Assembly (NCBI GenBank): GCA_050693875.1 | Contig: JBOGWP010000131.1 | Coordinates: forward strand, 1-62,325 | Origin: Actinomycetota bacterium | GTDB lineage: Bacteria; Actinomycetota; CADDZG01; JAHWKV01; JBOGWP01 | DNA length: 62,325 nucleotides | Direction of reading: 5' to 3' | Shown here: one piece after another, positions 33,169 through 41,921 of the stretch | How the letters are laid out: the number at the start of each line of letters is the position of its first letter | Numbering within the stretch: the stretch's first letter is position 1 | Notes under the pieces: generated by a model | What the model saw: the letters and a program-made list of their open reading frames with translations, nothing else | Told to the model about the DNA's origin: nothing | Databases searched by the model: none | Program-made: the position numbers and the translations under genes

Positions 33169-34819
33169 GGAGGAGCGCCGGTGGCGCGACGCCTTCGAAC
33201 GGCGCCCCCTCCGCGATGCCGATTTCGACACGGTTTCGTCGGTGCCGCTCGAGCCGCGGTACGCGCCCGAGCATCTGGACGGCTTCGATCCCGAGCGCGA
33301 CCTCGGCGAGCCCGGCTTCTACCCCTACACCCGCGGCATCCATCCCTCCATGTACCGGGGGAGGCTGTGGACCTTCCGCCAGTTCTCGGGGTACGGCACC
33401 GCCGAGGAGACGAACCGGCGCTATCGTTTCCTCCTCGACCAGGGCCAGACCGGCCTGTCGGTGGCATTCGACATGCCGACGCTCATGGGGCGCGACTCCG
33501 ACGACCCGCTGTCGGAGGGCGAGGTCGGCCGATGCGGGGTCGCGGTCGATTCGGTCGCCGACATGGCGGTGCTCTTCGACGGGATCCCGCTGGGGGAGAT
33601 CACCACGTCGATGACGATCTCGGGCCCCGCCCCGATGCTCTTCGCGATGTGGCTCGTGGTCGCAGAGCGGCAGGGGGTGGCCTGGAAGGACCTCGACGGG
33701 ACCCTGCAGACCGACATCCTCAAGGAGTACATCGCCCAGAAGGAGTGGATCTACCCCCCGCAGCCGCATCTGCGGATGACCGCCGATCTTATGCGGTTCT
33801 GCCGCGACGAGGTTCCCCAGTACCATCCGCTCTCGATCTCCGGCTACCACATCCGCGAGGCGGGTTCGAGCGCAGTCCAGGAGCTTGCCTTCACGCTGGC
33901 CTCCGGGTTCGCCCACGTCGAGCTGGGGCAGCGCCACGGGATGAGCGCCGACGACGTGGCGTCCCGCCTCTCCTTCTTCTTCAATTCGCACATCGACTTC
34001 TTCGAGGAGATCGCCAAGTTCCGTGCTGCGCGCCGCATCTGGTCGCAATGGATGCGGGAACGCTACGGGTGCGCCGAGGAGCGGTCGCTGAAGCTGCGGT
34101 TTCACACCCAGACCGCCGGCTGCTCCCTCACCGCGCAGCAGCCCTACAACAACGTGGTGCGGACCGCCTACGAGGCGCTTGCCGCGGTGCTCGGAGGGAC
34201 GCAGTCGCTCCACACCAACTCACTCGACGAGGTGCTCGCGCTGCCGACGGAGGACGCCGCGGAGATCGCCCTCCGAACCCAGCAGATCGTGGCCTACGAG
34301 ACCGGCGTGGCAAACGTGGCCGACCCCTTGGGCGGGTCGTGGTTCGTGGAGTCGCTCACGCACAAGACGGAGGAGGCGGCGGAGCGGTACTTCGAGCGCA
34401 TCGGCGAGATGGGAGGCGGGTCGATCCTGGACGGAATGCTGGCCGGGATCGAAGCGGGCTACTTCCAGGCTGAGATCGCCGACGCCGCCTACCGCTATCA
34501 GAACCTCGTCGACCGGGGTCGCAAGATCGTGGTGGGGGTGAACCGTTTCGCCCGCCCCGCCCGCGAGGGCGAGATCAAGACCCTCGTCATAGGCCCCGAG
34601 ACCGAGCGCCGGCAGGTCAAGGAGTTGCAGGCTCGGAAGGCCGACCGGGACCCGGACCGGGTGAGGGGTTCGCTCGAGGAGCTGGCCCGTGTAGCCGAGA
34701 GCGACGGGAACCTGATCTGGGCGCTTGTCGAGTGTTCGCGCGCCGGATGCACGCTCGGCGAGATGGTCGGCGCGCTGCGGGGGCCGTTCGGCACCTACCG
34801 AGAGTCGCCGAGCTTCTGA
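33158..34819 (+). CDS. acyl-CoA mutase large (substrate-binding) subunit, isobutyryl-CoA-mutase-like, without a B12-binding domain
   Basis: 553 aa covering only the TIM-barrel domain. Contains YPYTRGIHPSMYRGRLWTFRQFSGYGTAEETN and LQTDILKEYIAQKEWIYPP. Overlaps the meaB stop by 11 nt. Confidence 0.88.
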   Translation: MNPEEERRWRDAFERRPLRDADFDTVSSVPLEPRYAPEHLDGFDPERDLGEPGFYPYTRGIHPSMYRGRLWTFRQFSGYGTAEETNRRYRFLLDQGQTGLSVAFDMPTLMGRDSDDPLSEGEVGRCGVAVDSVADMAVLFDGIPLGEITTSMTISGPAPMLFAMWLVVAERQGVAWKDLDGTLQTDILKEYIAQKEWIYPPQPHLRMTADLMRFCRDEVPQYHPLSISGYHIREAGSSAVQELAFTLASGFAHVELGQRHGMSADDVASRLSFFFNSHIDFFEEIAKFRAARRIWSQWMRERYGCAEERSLKLRFHTQTAGCSLTAQQPYNNVVRTAYEALAAVLGGTQSLHTNSLDEVLALPTEDAAEIALRTQQIVAYETGVANVADPLGGSWFVESLTHKTEEAAERYFERIGEMGGGSILDGMLAGIEAGYFQAEIADAAYRYQNLVDRGRKIVVGVNRFARPAREGEIKTLVIGPETERRQVKELQARKADRDPDRVRGSLEELARVAESDGNLIWALVECSRAGCTLGEMVGALRGPFGTYRESPSF

Positions 34820-34852
34820 TCCCGCGCCACCCCGCCGCCCGGGGGACGTGCT

Positions 34853-35353
34853 TCAGGGTTGTGTGCCCGGCTCTGCCTCCGGCGTGCCGGCCTCATCGTC
34901 GTCCGGCCGGTCCCAGGGCCGGGCGCGCTCGGCTCCGCGGGAGGCGAAGGTCAGCGCCTCGGCGGCCTGCATCGGGTCGGGCATCGATGGGAGCGCTCCT
35001 TCGCCGGCGGCGCCCTCGCCGATCGCAGCTTCGGCCTCGGTCTGGCTGGGCGCCCACACGTCCCACTGCGCACCGAGCAGCCCCAGGCGCTGAAGGGTGA
35101 TCGCCTCGATCAGGGGCCAGTCGCCTTCGAGTCGCGTCAATCCGGCCGCGGCGAGGGCACTCGCCAACTGCTCGGGCAAGTCGAGCTCGGGACCATCCTG
35201 GTCGAGCCGGACGAGGTGGGTGTTGCGGCCGAGGCGGACCGCCGCCGGCCACCACCCGTCGACGATCAGCGCATCCTCCTGGACGCTCAGGCTCGCATCG
35301 TCCTCGATCATGCCGCCGGCCACGTAGGCGGCGAGCTGCTCAGCCCTGCCCAT
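34853..35353 (-). CDS. hypothetical acidic protein
   Basis: ATG 35353 (MGRAEQLAAYVAGG...), 166 aa. Coding-like composition but no family that I recognise. Its start overlaps the end of the upstream small gene by 14 nt. Confidence 0.5.
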   Translation of the reverse strand: MGRAEQLAAYVAGGMIEDDASLSVQEDALIVDGWWPAAVRLGRNTHLVRLDQDGPELDLPEQLASALAAAGLTRLEGDWPLIEAITLQRLGLLGAQWDVWAPSQTEAEAAIGEGAAGEGALPSMPDPMQAAEALTFASRGAERARPWDRPDDDEAGTPEAEPGTQP

Positions 35354-35600
35354 GGCTGTCCTCGGCGGCGGTTGTTCCGGTGTGGACCGACGCATCCCAC
35401 GAGCCCAGATACAGGAGGCCTTCGGGCTGCTCGTCGGCGAGGCTGCACAGCTCGGTCACGAAGCCCGCCACCTCGCTCATCTGGTCCTTGCAATGGTCGT
35501 GGACGTAGAACGGGAACTCACACGCTCCGACCTTCACCACCTTCGCATCGGGTGGCATGGGTTGGGAGCAAACCTCGCACAAGGGCGACTTGGTCGTCAT
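35340..35600 (-). CDS. hypothetical small Cys/His-rich protein
   Basis: ATG 35600 follows GGAGGAG. 86 aa: MTTKSPLCEVCSQPMPPDAKVVKVGACEFPFYVHDHCKDQ..., a possible zinc-ribbon-like CxxC...HxHC arrangement. Confidence 0.5.
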   Translation of the reverse strand: MTTKSPLCEVCSQPMPPDAKVVKVGACEFPFYVHDHCKDQMSEVAGFVTELCSLADEQPEGLLYLGSWDASVHTGTTAAEDSHGQG

Positions 35601-35860
35601 CAGACTCCTCCGAGATCGGCGGGGTTGGCAGATCCATTCTCTCCCGTCGCGGCCACGGAGCAAGCCGGCAAGCAAGCTCCGCGAAGGATCGGCGCGCCCA
35701 CCCGATGCCGGATCGAGCTGCGAGTGGTCAGACGCGCACATCCGAGGCGTCGCGGACGCGGTCGCCAACCGGTTGAAACCGAGGAGGCGCGCCGGCCGAA
35801 TCGACGAACTCCCGCTCACCGCACCGAAGAGACCAGCCCACGGACGACCCGCCTGCGGGG

Positions 35861-36109
35861 TCAGAGGCCCTTGCGGATCTGCCCGTAGATCCACACCCCC
35901 GCTCCCGCAGCCACTAGCAGCGCCACCACCGCGAGCGCGCCGACCAGCGGTTGCCGCTGGCCGGGGGTGCGAGCCCCCGGGGGCAGGGTCGGGACGGAGG
36001 GGCTGGGCGATGCCGGGTTCTGGGTAGCCACCGGCGAGGCGACGGCCGCAGGGAGTGTCACGACCAGCATCAAGGCGGCCAGCGCGGCGAGGACGACGGC
36101 TCGCCTCAC
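35861..36109 (-). CDS. small exported or membrane-anchored protein
   Basis: GTG 36109 overlaps the cupredoxin TGA (GTGA). Signal peptide VRRAVVLAALAALMLVVTLPAAVA, a Pro/Ser linker and a C-terminal TM helix (LVGALAVVALLVAAGAGVWIY). Confidence 0.55.
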   Translation of the reverse strand: MRRAVVLAALAALMLVVTLPAAVASPVATQNPASPSPSVPTLPPGARTPGQRQPLVGALAVVALLVAAGAGVWIYGQIRKGL

Positions 36110-36918
36110 GCCCTCACCCGCCGCCGGAGCCACCACAGGCCGACAGCACTGGCGACCGCAATCACGAGCCCGACGGCGGCGATCACCGGGGGTCCGGAGG
36201 AGCTACCTTCCCGCGGCGAGGTGGGCGAGAGGCTCGGTGACGGCGAGGGCGTGGGCGGAGGCAGCAGCGCCGGCGAGGGCGACAGACTGGGAACGAGCAG
36301 AGGTGAGGGCGACAAGGAGGGCGACGGCGAGGGCGACGGAGAGCGCGAGGGCGTCGGTGAGAGCGTCGGCAGCGGCGTCCGCCGCACGGTCGGGCTGGGG
36401 CTCGGAGAGGGGGCCGCCGGCACTGCGACCACGATCACCCCGGACATTCCCTGACCGCCGACACCGCCGTGGATCTTGCAGTAATAGGAGGTGCTGCCCA
36501 CCGTCGGGAATGTGATCCGATACGACTGGCCGTTGGACAGACAGTTGCCGAGGAGCGGCACGAGGCAGAGGGGGCTCGAGTCGAAAGAGGCGTCGTCCGC
36601 GGTCACGGTGTGAAGGTTCTGCCCGGAGTGCACCCACTCGACGCTGTCGCCTGGCCGGATGGTGATCTCCTTGGGGTCGAAGCGGTTGTCACGGATCGTG
36701 ACGGTGGCCACCGCCGCGTTCGCCGGGGGAGCGCTGAGCGCCACCGCGATGGGTGCGATGGCGATGAGGGCCGCCCACCGGCGCCGCCCGCAGACCTGTC
36801 GTCTGTCCCGACGAGGAACGGTCCGACAGGACCGGACCTCGTCGCCGGGGGAGTGCAACCGCCCATCCTGCTCCGCTGCGCTCCGCAGGGCTGCCGCCCC
36901 CCGGCCCCCCCGTCTCAC
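36106..36918 (-). CDS. cupredoxin (plastocyanin/azurin-like type-1 copper protein) with a Pro/Ser-rich linker and a C-terminal TM anchor
   Basis: Copper ligand pattern NLHTVTA ... YYCKIHGGVGGQGMSG (His, Cys, His, Met). A signal containing RRRW, then a roughly 90-aa SPSP repeat linker and a TM helix. The GTG start overlaps the NUDIX stop (GTGA). Confidence 0.8.
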   Translation of the reverse strand: MRRGGRGAAALRSAAEQDGRLHSPGDEVRSCRTVPRRDRRQVCGRRRWAALIAIAPIAVALSAPPANAAVATVTIRDNRFDPKEITIRPGDSVEWVHSGQNLHTVTADDASFDSSPLCLVPLLGNCLSNGQSYRITFPTVGSTSYYCKIHGGVGGQGMSGVIVVAVPAAPSPSPSPTVRRTPLPTLSPTPSRSPSPSPSPSLSPSPLLVPSLSPSPALLPPPTPSPSPSLSPTSPREGSSSGPPVIAAVGLVIAVASAVGLWWLRRRVRA

Positions 36919-37523
36919 GAACCCTCCGCGATGAGGTCGAGCAGGTCGGCGAGGATGCGCCCCGTCGCACCCCAGATGGTGTGTCCCCCGGCATCGTAGG
37001 CCGGGTTGGTACGAAGCTCGCCGCCTCGGATGATCCGCTGTTCGCGCCGGACGCCCGGGGCGGTCAGCGTGCGGAGTGGAAGAACGATCACCTCGGCGAT
37101 CTCCCGAGGATTGGGGTCGAGCCGCGCGTCCCGGAGGAGCCCGACCCAGGGCGCGATTGTGAACCCGCTCACGAACGTCGACCGTCGCGGGAGGGCCCCG
37201 AGCACGGTGACGTACTGGGGATCGATCCCCAGCTCCTCCTGCGCCTCGCGCAGAGCGGCGCTGCGCGACTCCTCGTCTGCCCGCACCCCTCCGCCCGGGA
37301 AGGAGATCTCCCCGCCGTGGCTCGGCAGGTCCTCGCTGCGGCGCGTGAAGATCAGCGAGGGTCCGTCCTCCGTTTCGACAAACGGCACCAGCACGGCGGC
37401 CGGCGCGTCGCCCGGCATCAGCGAGCCTGGCTCGAGTTGCCTTAGTCGGCGGTGGAGCGCGGCGAGCGGGGCAGGCACGCCCGCATCATAGGGTCGTACC
37501 GGCGGAAGGAGGGGAGGGGGCAT
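36915..37523 (-). CDS. NUDIX hydrolase, CoA-pyrophosphatase type
   Basis: Nudix box GGGVRADEESRSAALREAQEELG preceded by LIFTRRSEDLPSHGGEISFPGG, the NudL/NUDT7-type signature. The start ATG 37523 has no SD and is uncertain. Confidence 0.8.
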   Translation of the reverse strand: MPPPLLPPVRPYDAGVPAPLAALHRRLRQLEPGSLMPGDAPAAVLVPFVETEDGPSLIFTRRSEDLPSHGGEISFPGGGVRADEESRSAALREAQEELGIDPQYVTVLGALPRRSTFVSGFTIAPWVGLLRDARLDPNPREIAEVIVLPLRTLTAPGVRREQRIIRGGELRTNPAYDAGGHTIWGATGRILADLLDLIAEGS

Positions 37524-38298
37524 GGCGGAGGCGGTTCGACTCGAGGTCTCGGAGCAGGTGGCAATCATCCGCATCGACCGTCCGCCCGTCAACGCTCTCT
37601 CCCGGTCGGTCATCGCGGAGCTCGCCGCCGTCGCTGCCGAGACGGTTGCCTCTGGTGCCGGCGCGGCGGTCATCTGGGGCGGTGAGCGGGTGTTCTCGGC
37701 CGGCGCCGACATCGCCGAGCTTCGGTCACTGCCGGCCGAGGAGCTGCTCGCCTTTGCCGATTCGATCCAGGCGGCGTTCCGGACCGTCGCCGAGCTCCCC
37801 ATGGTGACGATCGCGGCGATGTGCGGATATGCCGTCGGAGGCGGCTGCGAGCTCGCGCTGGCGGCAGACTTCCGGTTCGCCGCCGAGTCCGCTCGGGTCG
37901 GCCAGCCCGAGGTGCTTCTCGGCCTGATCCCCGGAGCGGGGGGAACGCAGCGCCTGCCGCGCCTCGTCGGGCCGGGGCGCGCCAAGGACCTGATCTTGAG
38001 CGGCAGGATCCTGCCGGCTCCCGAGGCGGCGTCGATCGGGTTGGTCGACGAGCTGCACCCCGCCGGCGAGGTGCTCGATGCTGCGCTGCGCGCCGCCCGA
38101 AGGTACGCGGGCGCCTCGCGCCCCGCGATCCGCGGCGCGAAGCGAGCGATCGATCGCGGGTTCGACCTCCCCCTCGCGCAAGCCCTGGAGATGGAGACGG
38201 CCGAGTTCCTCCCGCTCTTCGACACCGACGAGTGGCGCACCGCATCGCAGACCTTCGTTGAGAAGCGCCGAGCGAGAAACCCGCCGCCCGGCGCCTGA
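37522..38298 (+). CDS. enoyl-CoA hydratase
   Basis: Strong SD (GGAAGGAGGGGAGG). Contains IIRIDRPPVNALS, VFSAGADI and GYAVGGGCELALAADFRFA. Confidence 0.9.
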   Translation: MAEAVRLEVSEQVAIIRIDRPPVNALSRSVIAELAAVAAETVASGAGAAVIWGGERVFSAGADIAELRSLPAEELLAFADSIQAAFRTVAELPMVTIAAMCGYAVGGGCELALAADFRFAAESARVGQPEVLLGLIPGAGGTQRLPRLVGPGRAKDLILSGRILPAPEAASIGLVDELHPAGEVLDAALRAARRYAGASRPAIRGAKRAIDRGFDLPLAQALEMETAEFLPLFDTDEWRTASQTFVEKRRARNPPPGA

Positions 38299-38359
38299 GG
38301 TACGCGGGGCGCGGCCGCTAAGCTGGCCCGTACCAGGTCTGAACAGGAGCCGACCCGAC

Positions 38360-39151
38360 ATGCCCCTGCGCATTGCGGTGTGCGTCAAGCGCGTCCCCGA
38401 CACGGCCGCCGACAAACGGCTCGACCCCGCCGACTTCACGCTCGACCGAGATTCCGTGGAGTCGATCCTGAACCCGGTCGACGAGGTGGCGGTCGAGGAG
38501 GCTCTCCGGCTGAGGGAACGTCACGGCGGCGAGGTCACGGTGGTCTGCGCCGGCCCCGAGGCGGCACGCGCCCAGGCCATTCGCAAGGCGCTCTCGATGG
38601 GCTGCGACCGTGCGGTTCACCTCCAGGACGACGCGCTGCACGGCTCGGACGCGCTCGCGGTGGCTTACGCGCTGGCCCAGGTGCTTCGGCGGGAGCCCCA
38701 CGACCTGGTGGTGTGTGGGGCCGAGTCGACCGATGCCCGCACGTCGTTGGTCCCCCCGGCGCTCGCCGAGCTCCTCGACCTTCCGGCGCTGCTGTTCGTT
38801 CGTGGCGTCGAGGTCGTGGACACGACGGTCACGGCCCGCCGCGAGACCGATCGCGGGGAGGTCGTGCTCGAGGCGCAGCTTCCGGTCCTGCTCGGTGTCC
38901 GGTGGGGGGCCAACGAGCCCCGCTATCCCTCGTTCAAAGGCATCATGGCCGCCAAGAACCGTCCGGTGGAGAGCCTGACCCTGGCGAACGCGGGGATCGA
39001 CCCCGCCCGGATCGGCGCAAGCGGCTCACTGACGAAGGTGCTCTCGTTCGGGACGCGCTCGAGCGCCCGCCAGCGGATCATCGTCGACAACAGCGGGGGA
39101 GATGCCCACCTCAAGCTGGCCGACTTCCTCCAGAGTCAGAAGTTCGTCTGA
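38360..39151 (+). CDS. etfB: electron transfer flavoprotein beta subunit
   Basis: [14 protein letters not shown]...[14 protein letters not shown]...[10 protein letters not shown]. Confidence 0.93.
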   Translation: MPLRIAVCVKRVPDTAADKRLDPADFTLDRDSVESILNPVDEVAVEEALRLRERHGGEVTVVCAGPEAARAQAIRKALSMGCDRAVHLQDDALHGSDALAVAYALAQVLRREPHDLVVCGAESTDARTSLVPPALAELLDLPALLFVRGVEVVDTTVTARRETDRGEVVLEAQLPVLLGVRWGANEPRYPSFKGIMAAKNRPVESLTLANAGIDPARIGASGSLTKVLSFGTRSSARQRIIVDNSGGDAHLKLADFLQSQKFV

Positions 39152-39156
39152 TCCCG

Positions 39157-40146
39157 ATGGGCGACGTCTGGGTATTCGTCGACGGCGAGGGGGGGCCGGG
39201 CCCGAAGGTCACCCATCAGCTGCTCACCGCGGCGCGGGGCCTCGCCACGGCGGCCGGTGGCGTGCCGGTGTCGGTCTATTGCGGGACGGGCTGGGAGGCG
39301 CTCCGTTCGGGAATCGCCGCACATGGAGCGCAGCGTGCGATCGTGGCGGAGTCCGACGCGTTCGCCCGGTACCAGAGCGGCGCCCTGGTCGACGTGCTGG
39401 CGCGTCTCGTCGAGGAGCGCCGGCCGTGGGGCGTCCTCTTCCCCAGCGTCCCCTCCGGCAAGGAGGTCGCGGCCGCGGTCGCCGCTCGGGTGGGGGCAGG
39501 GGTCCTCTCCGACGTGATCGCCCTCGAGGTCGATGAGGGTGCGGTGCCGGTTGCGACCCATGCCGCCTTCGGGGGGTCGGTGACCGTGCAGAAGACCCTC
39601 ACCGCCGGCCCCTACCTGATCTGCATGAAGCCGAACGCGGTCGCCGCGGATCAGGCGGCGCCGCCCGGCGGGATGGAGGAGGAACGCCACGACGTGGACC
39701 TGCCGGATCGAGCGCGACGCGTCGTCGTCAAGGAGCGGGTGACGCCCGAGGCCGCCGGGCGTCCACCGGTCGACCAGGCGCCGGTGATCGTCTCGGGAGG
39801 GCGCGGGCTCCGCGATCCCTCGAACTTCGCGCTGGTCGAGGCGCTGGCCGACGCGCTGGGAGGCGCCGTCGGGGCGTCGAGGGCCGCCGTCGACGCCGGC
39901 TGGTACCCGCATGCCCAGCAGGTGGGCCAGACCGGCAAGACCGTCTCACCGCAGCTATACATCGCGGTGGGCATCTCCGGCGCCATCCAGCACCGGGCCG
40001 GCATGCAGACGTCGAAGACGATCGTCGCAATCAACAAGGATCCCGAGGCGCCGATTTTCGGGTTGGTCGACTTCGGCGTCGTCGGGGATCTGTTCGAGGT
40101 GGTGCCGAGGCTCACCGAGGAGCTGCGGCGCAGGCGGGGGGCGTGA
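39157..40146 (+). CDS. etfA: electron transfer flavoprotein alpha subunit
   Basis: C-terminal FAD-binding signature [46 protein letters not shown]. Confidence 0.93.
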   Translation: MGDVWVFVDGEGGPGPKVTHQLLTAARGLATAAGGVPVSVYCGTGWEALRSGIAAHGAQRAIVAESDAFARYQSGALVDVLARLVEERRPWGVLFPSVPSGKEVAAAVAARVGAGVLSDVIALEVDEGAVPVATHAAFGGSVTVQKTLTAGPYLICMKPNAVAADQAAPPGGMEEERHDVDLPDRARRVVVKERVTPEAAGRPPVDQAPVIVSGGRGLRDPSNFALVEALADALGGAVGASRAAVDAGWYPHAQQVGQTGKTVSPQLYIAVGISGAIQHRAGMQTSKTIVAINKDPEAPIFGLVDFGVVGDLFEVVPRLTEELRRRRGA

Positions 40147-40175
40147 CGGCATCGCCGGCAGGCGCGTGCGCTCAT

Positions 40176-40195
40176 CGTTGGGGTTCCCCCCAACG
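40176..40195 (+). terminator. hairpin downstream of etfA
   Basis: CGTTGGGG-TTCC-CCCCAACG, a perfect 8-bp stem 30 nt after the etfA TGA. The U-tract is weak. Confidence 0.4.
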
Positions 40196-40331
40196 CTTGC
40201 CTCGCTAGACTGATCCCCTCGGGGGGCCGAGGCTCCGCCAGGAGGAGCGAGCTTCGCCCCTCTTCGGGGGTTCTCCTCCTGGGAAAGCGGGGAGCAACGA
40301 GGAGTACCCGGCGGCACTGGGGAGAAACAAC

Positions 40332-41852
40332 GTGAGGAAGCGTCATACGACGGCGAACCGCCCACCTACCCCCCGGTCGCGGGCTCGCCGGTTCGGACCT
40401 CCCTTCCGCCGTCCTCCTGCCCTCTCCATCCGGCTCACCGGCGTCTTCGCCTTGCTGATGGCCTCGACCCTGCTCCTGGTTGCCGGGATCGTCAGCAGCG
40501 TGACCCGGATCCACCTGGTGCGCGAGACCGATGACCGGTTGCGATCGCTCGCTTCCGCGTTTGCGGAGGGGCCCGCCGCGGGCTCGCCGACGACGGATGC
40601 GTTTTCCCGGGAGGCTCGGCGGTGGCTCGATGCCCAGGCACTCCCGGATCACGAGGGCCTGGCGGTGCGGATCGCCACCCCCGACGCCGGGGAGACGGTG
40701 ACCGCCGCGGGGCTCGACATCTCGCGGGTGCCGCGCGGCCGCCAGCTCGTGTCGACGGGTGAGCGCCGGTGGTGGACGCTGCGCGGCCAGGAGGTCTCAG
40801 TCCGGGCGCTGACCGTGCCCATCGAGATCGGCGGGCGGACCGTTGGGACGTTCGTGGCGATCGCCTCGCCGTCAAAGCTCGAGGCGACGCTGGGGGATCT
40901 CACCGCGCGGCTGCTCTGGGCGAGCGCGCTCGGGCTCCTCTTCGCCACCGGAGCCGCGCTCTACAGCATCCGTCGGACCCTGCGCCCCCTCGCCCGAGTA
41001 TCGGACGAGATCGATCGGATCCACGCCGCGAGCGACGCGACCCAGCGCATCCCGCGCGACGGCCCCGATGACGAGGTCGGCCGTCTCGCCACGGCGTTCA
41101 ACCGCATGCTGGAGCGCCTCGACGAGAGCTTCCGGGTGCAGCGACGCTTTCTCGCCGACGCCTCGCACGAGCTCGGAAAGCCGATCACCGTCACTCGAAC
41201 GCAGCTCGAGCTGCTCGAGCAGAGCGTCCGTGACCCCGACGGCAGGCGGGCGCTGGCCGTCTCGGTGGAAGAGCTGGACCGTATCGAGATGATCGTCGAC
41301 GAGCTGCTGCTGCTGGCGCGCGCCGACGAGGGACTGCCGCTGATCCGCGAGCCGGTGCAGGTGCAGACGGCGCTCGGCGAGGCCCTGCTCCGCGGCCTCG
41401 TCCTCGCCGAGCGGACGTCCTCGGTGAAGGTGGTGGGGGACCTCTACGTGCTGGCGGATCGACACCGGCTGGTGCAGGCCCTGACGAACCTCGTCTCGAA
41501 TGCGGTGCATCACGGGGGCGAGCGGTCGCGTATCCAGCTGAGCGCGTACCGACGGTCGGATCGCATCGCCATCGAGGTCACCGACGACGGACCGGGCATC
41601 CCCGCCGCTGATCTCCCCCACGTCTTCCGCCCGCTGTACCGGGGGGCCACCGCGCGGCCTGTGATGACGACCGGTGCCGGCCTGGGCCTGGCGGTTGCGG
41701 CCACGCTCGTGCAGGCGATGGATGGCGAGATCCGGGTTCGATCCATCGAGGGGGAGGGGACCACGTTCCTGCTCGACCTTCCTGCGGCGGCCGCGCCGGA
41801 CCACCTGATGTCGCCGCCCTCGGCGCCACGGGAGCACGAGAGCAGCAACTGA
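40332..41852 (+). CDS. sensor histidine kinase (two TM helices, HAMP, HisKA, HATPase_c)
   Basis: H-box [15 protein letters not shown]-box [13 protein letters not shown]-boxes DDGPGI and GAGLGLAV. No response regulator gene is adjacent. Confidence 0.88.
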   Translation: MRKRHTTANRPPTPRSRARRFGPPFRRPPALSIRLTGVFALLMASTLLLVAGIVSSVTRIHLVRETDDRLRSLASAFAEGPAAGSPTTDAFSREARRWLDAQALPDHEGLAVRIATPDAGETVTAAGLDISRVPRGRQLVSTGERRWWTLRGQEVSVRALTVPIEIGGRTVGTFVAIASPSKLEATLGDLTARLLWASALGLLFATGAALYSIRRTLRPLARVSDEIDRIHAASDATQRIPRDGPDDEVGRLATAFNRMLERLDESFRVQRRFLADASHELGKPITVTRTQLELLEQSVRDPDGRRALAVSVEELDRIEMIVDELLLLARADEGLPLIREPVQVQTALGEALLRGLVLAERTSSVKVVGDLYVLADRHRLVQALTNLVSNAVHHGGERSRIQLSAYRRSDRIAIEVTDDGPGIPAADLPHVFRPLYRGATARPVMTTGAGLGLAVAATLVQAMDGEIRVRSIEGEGTTFLLDLPAAAAPDHLMSPPSAPREHESSN

Positions 41853-41921
41853 GCCCGCCCCGCCGCGCCACGTCCCTGCGAGGACGGGGAACAACCCCAT
41901 CCGGCTACCCCGCCGCGTATC

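Noticed and set aside
41734-41744. tRNA T-arm-like GGGTTCGATCC.
   Set aside because: It lies inside the histidine kinase coding frame (IRVRSIEG), and no acceptor or anticodon stems can be drawn around it.
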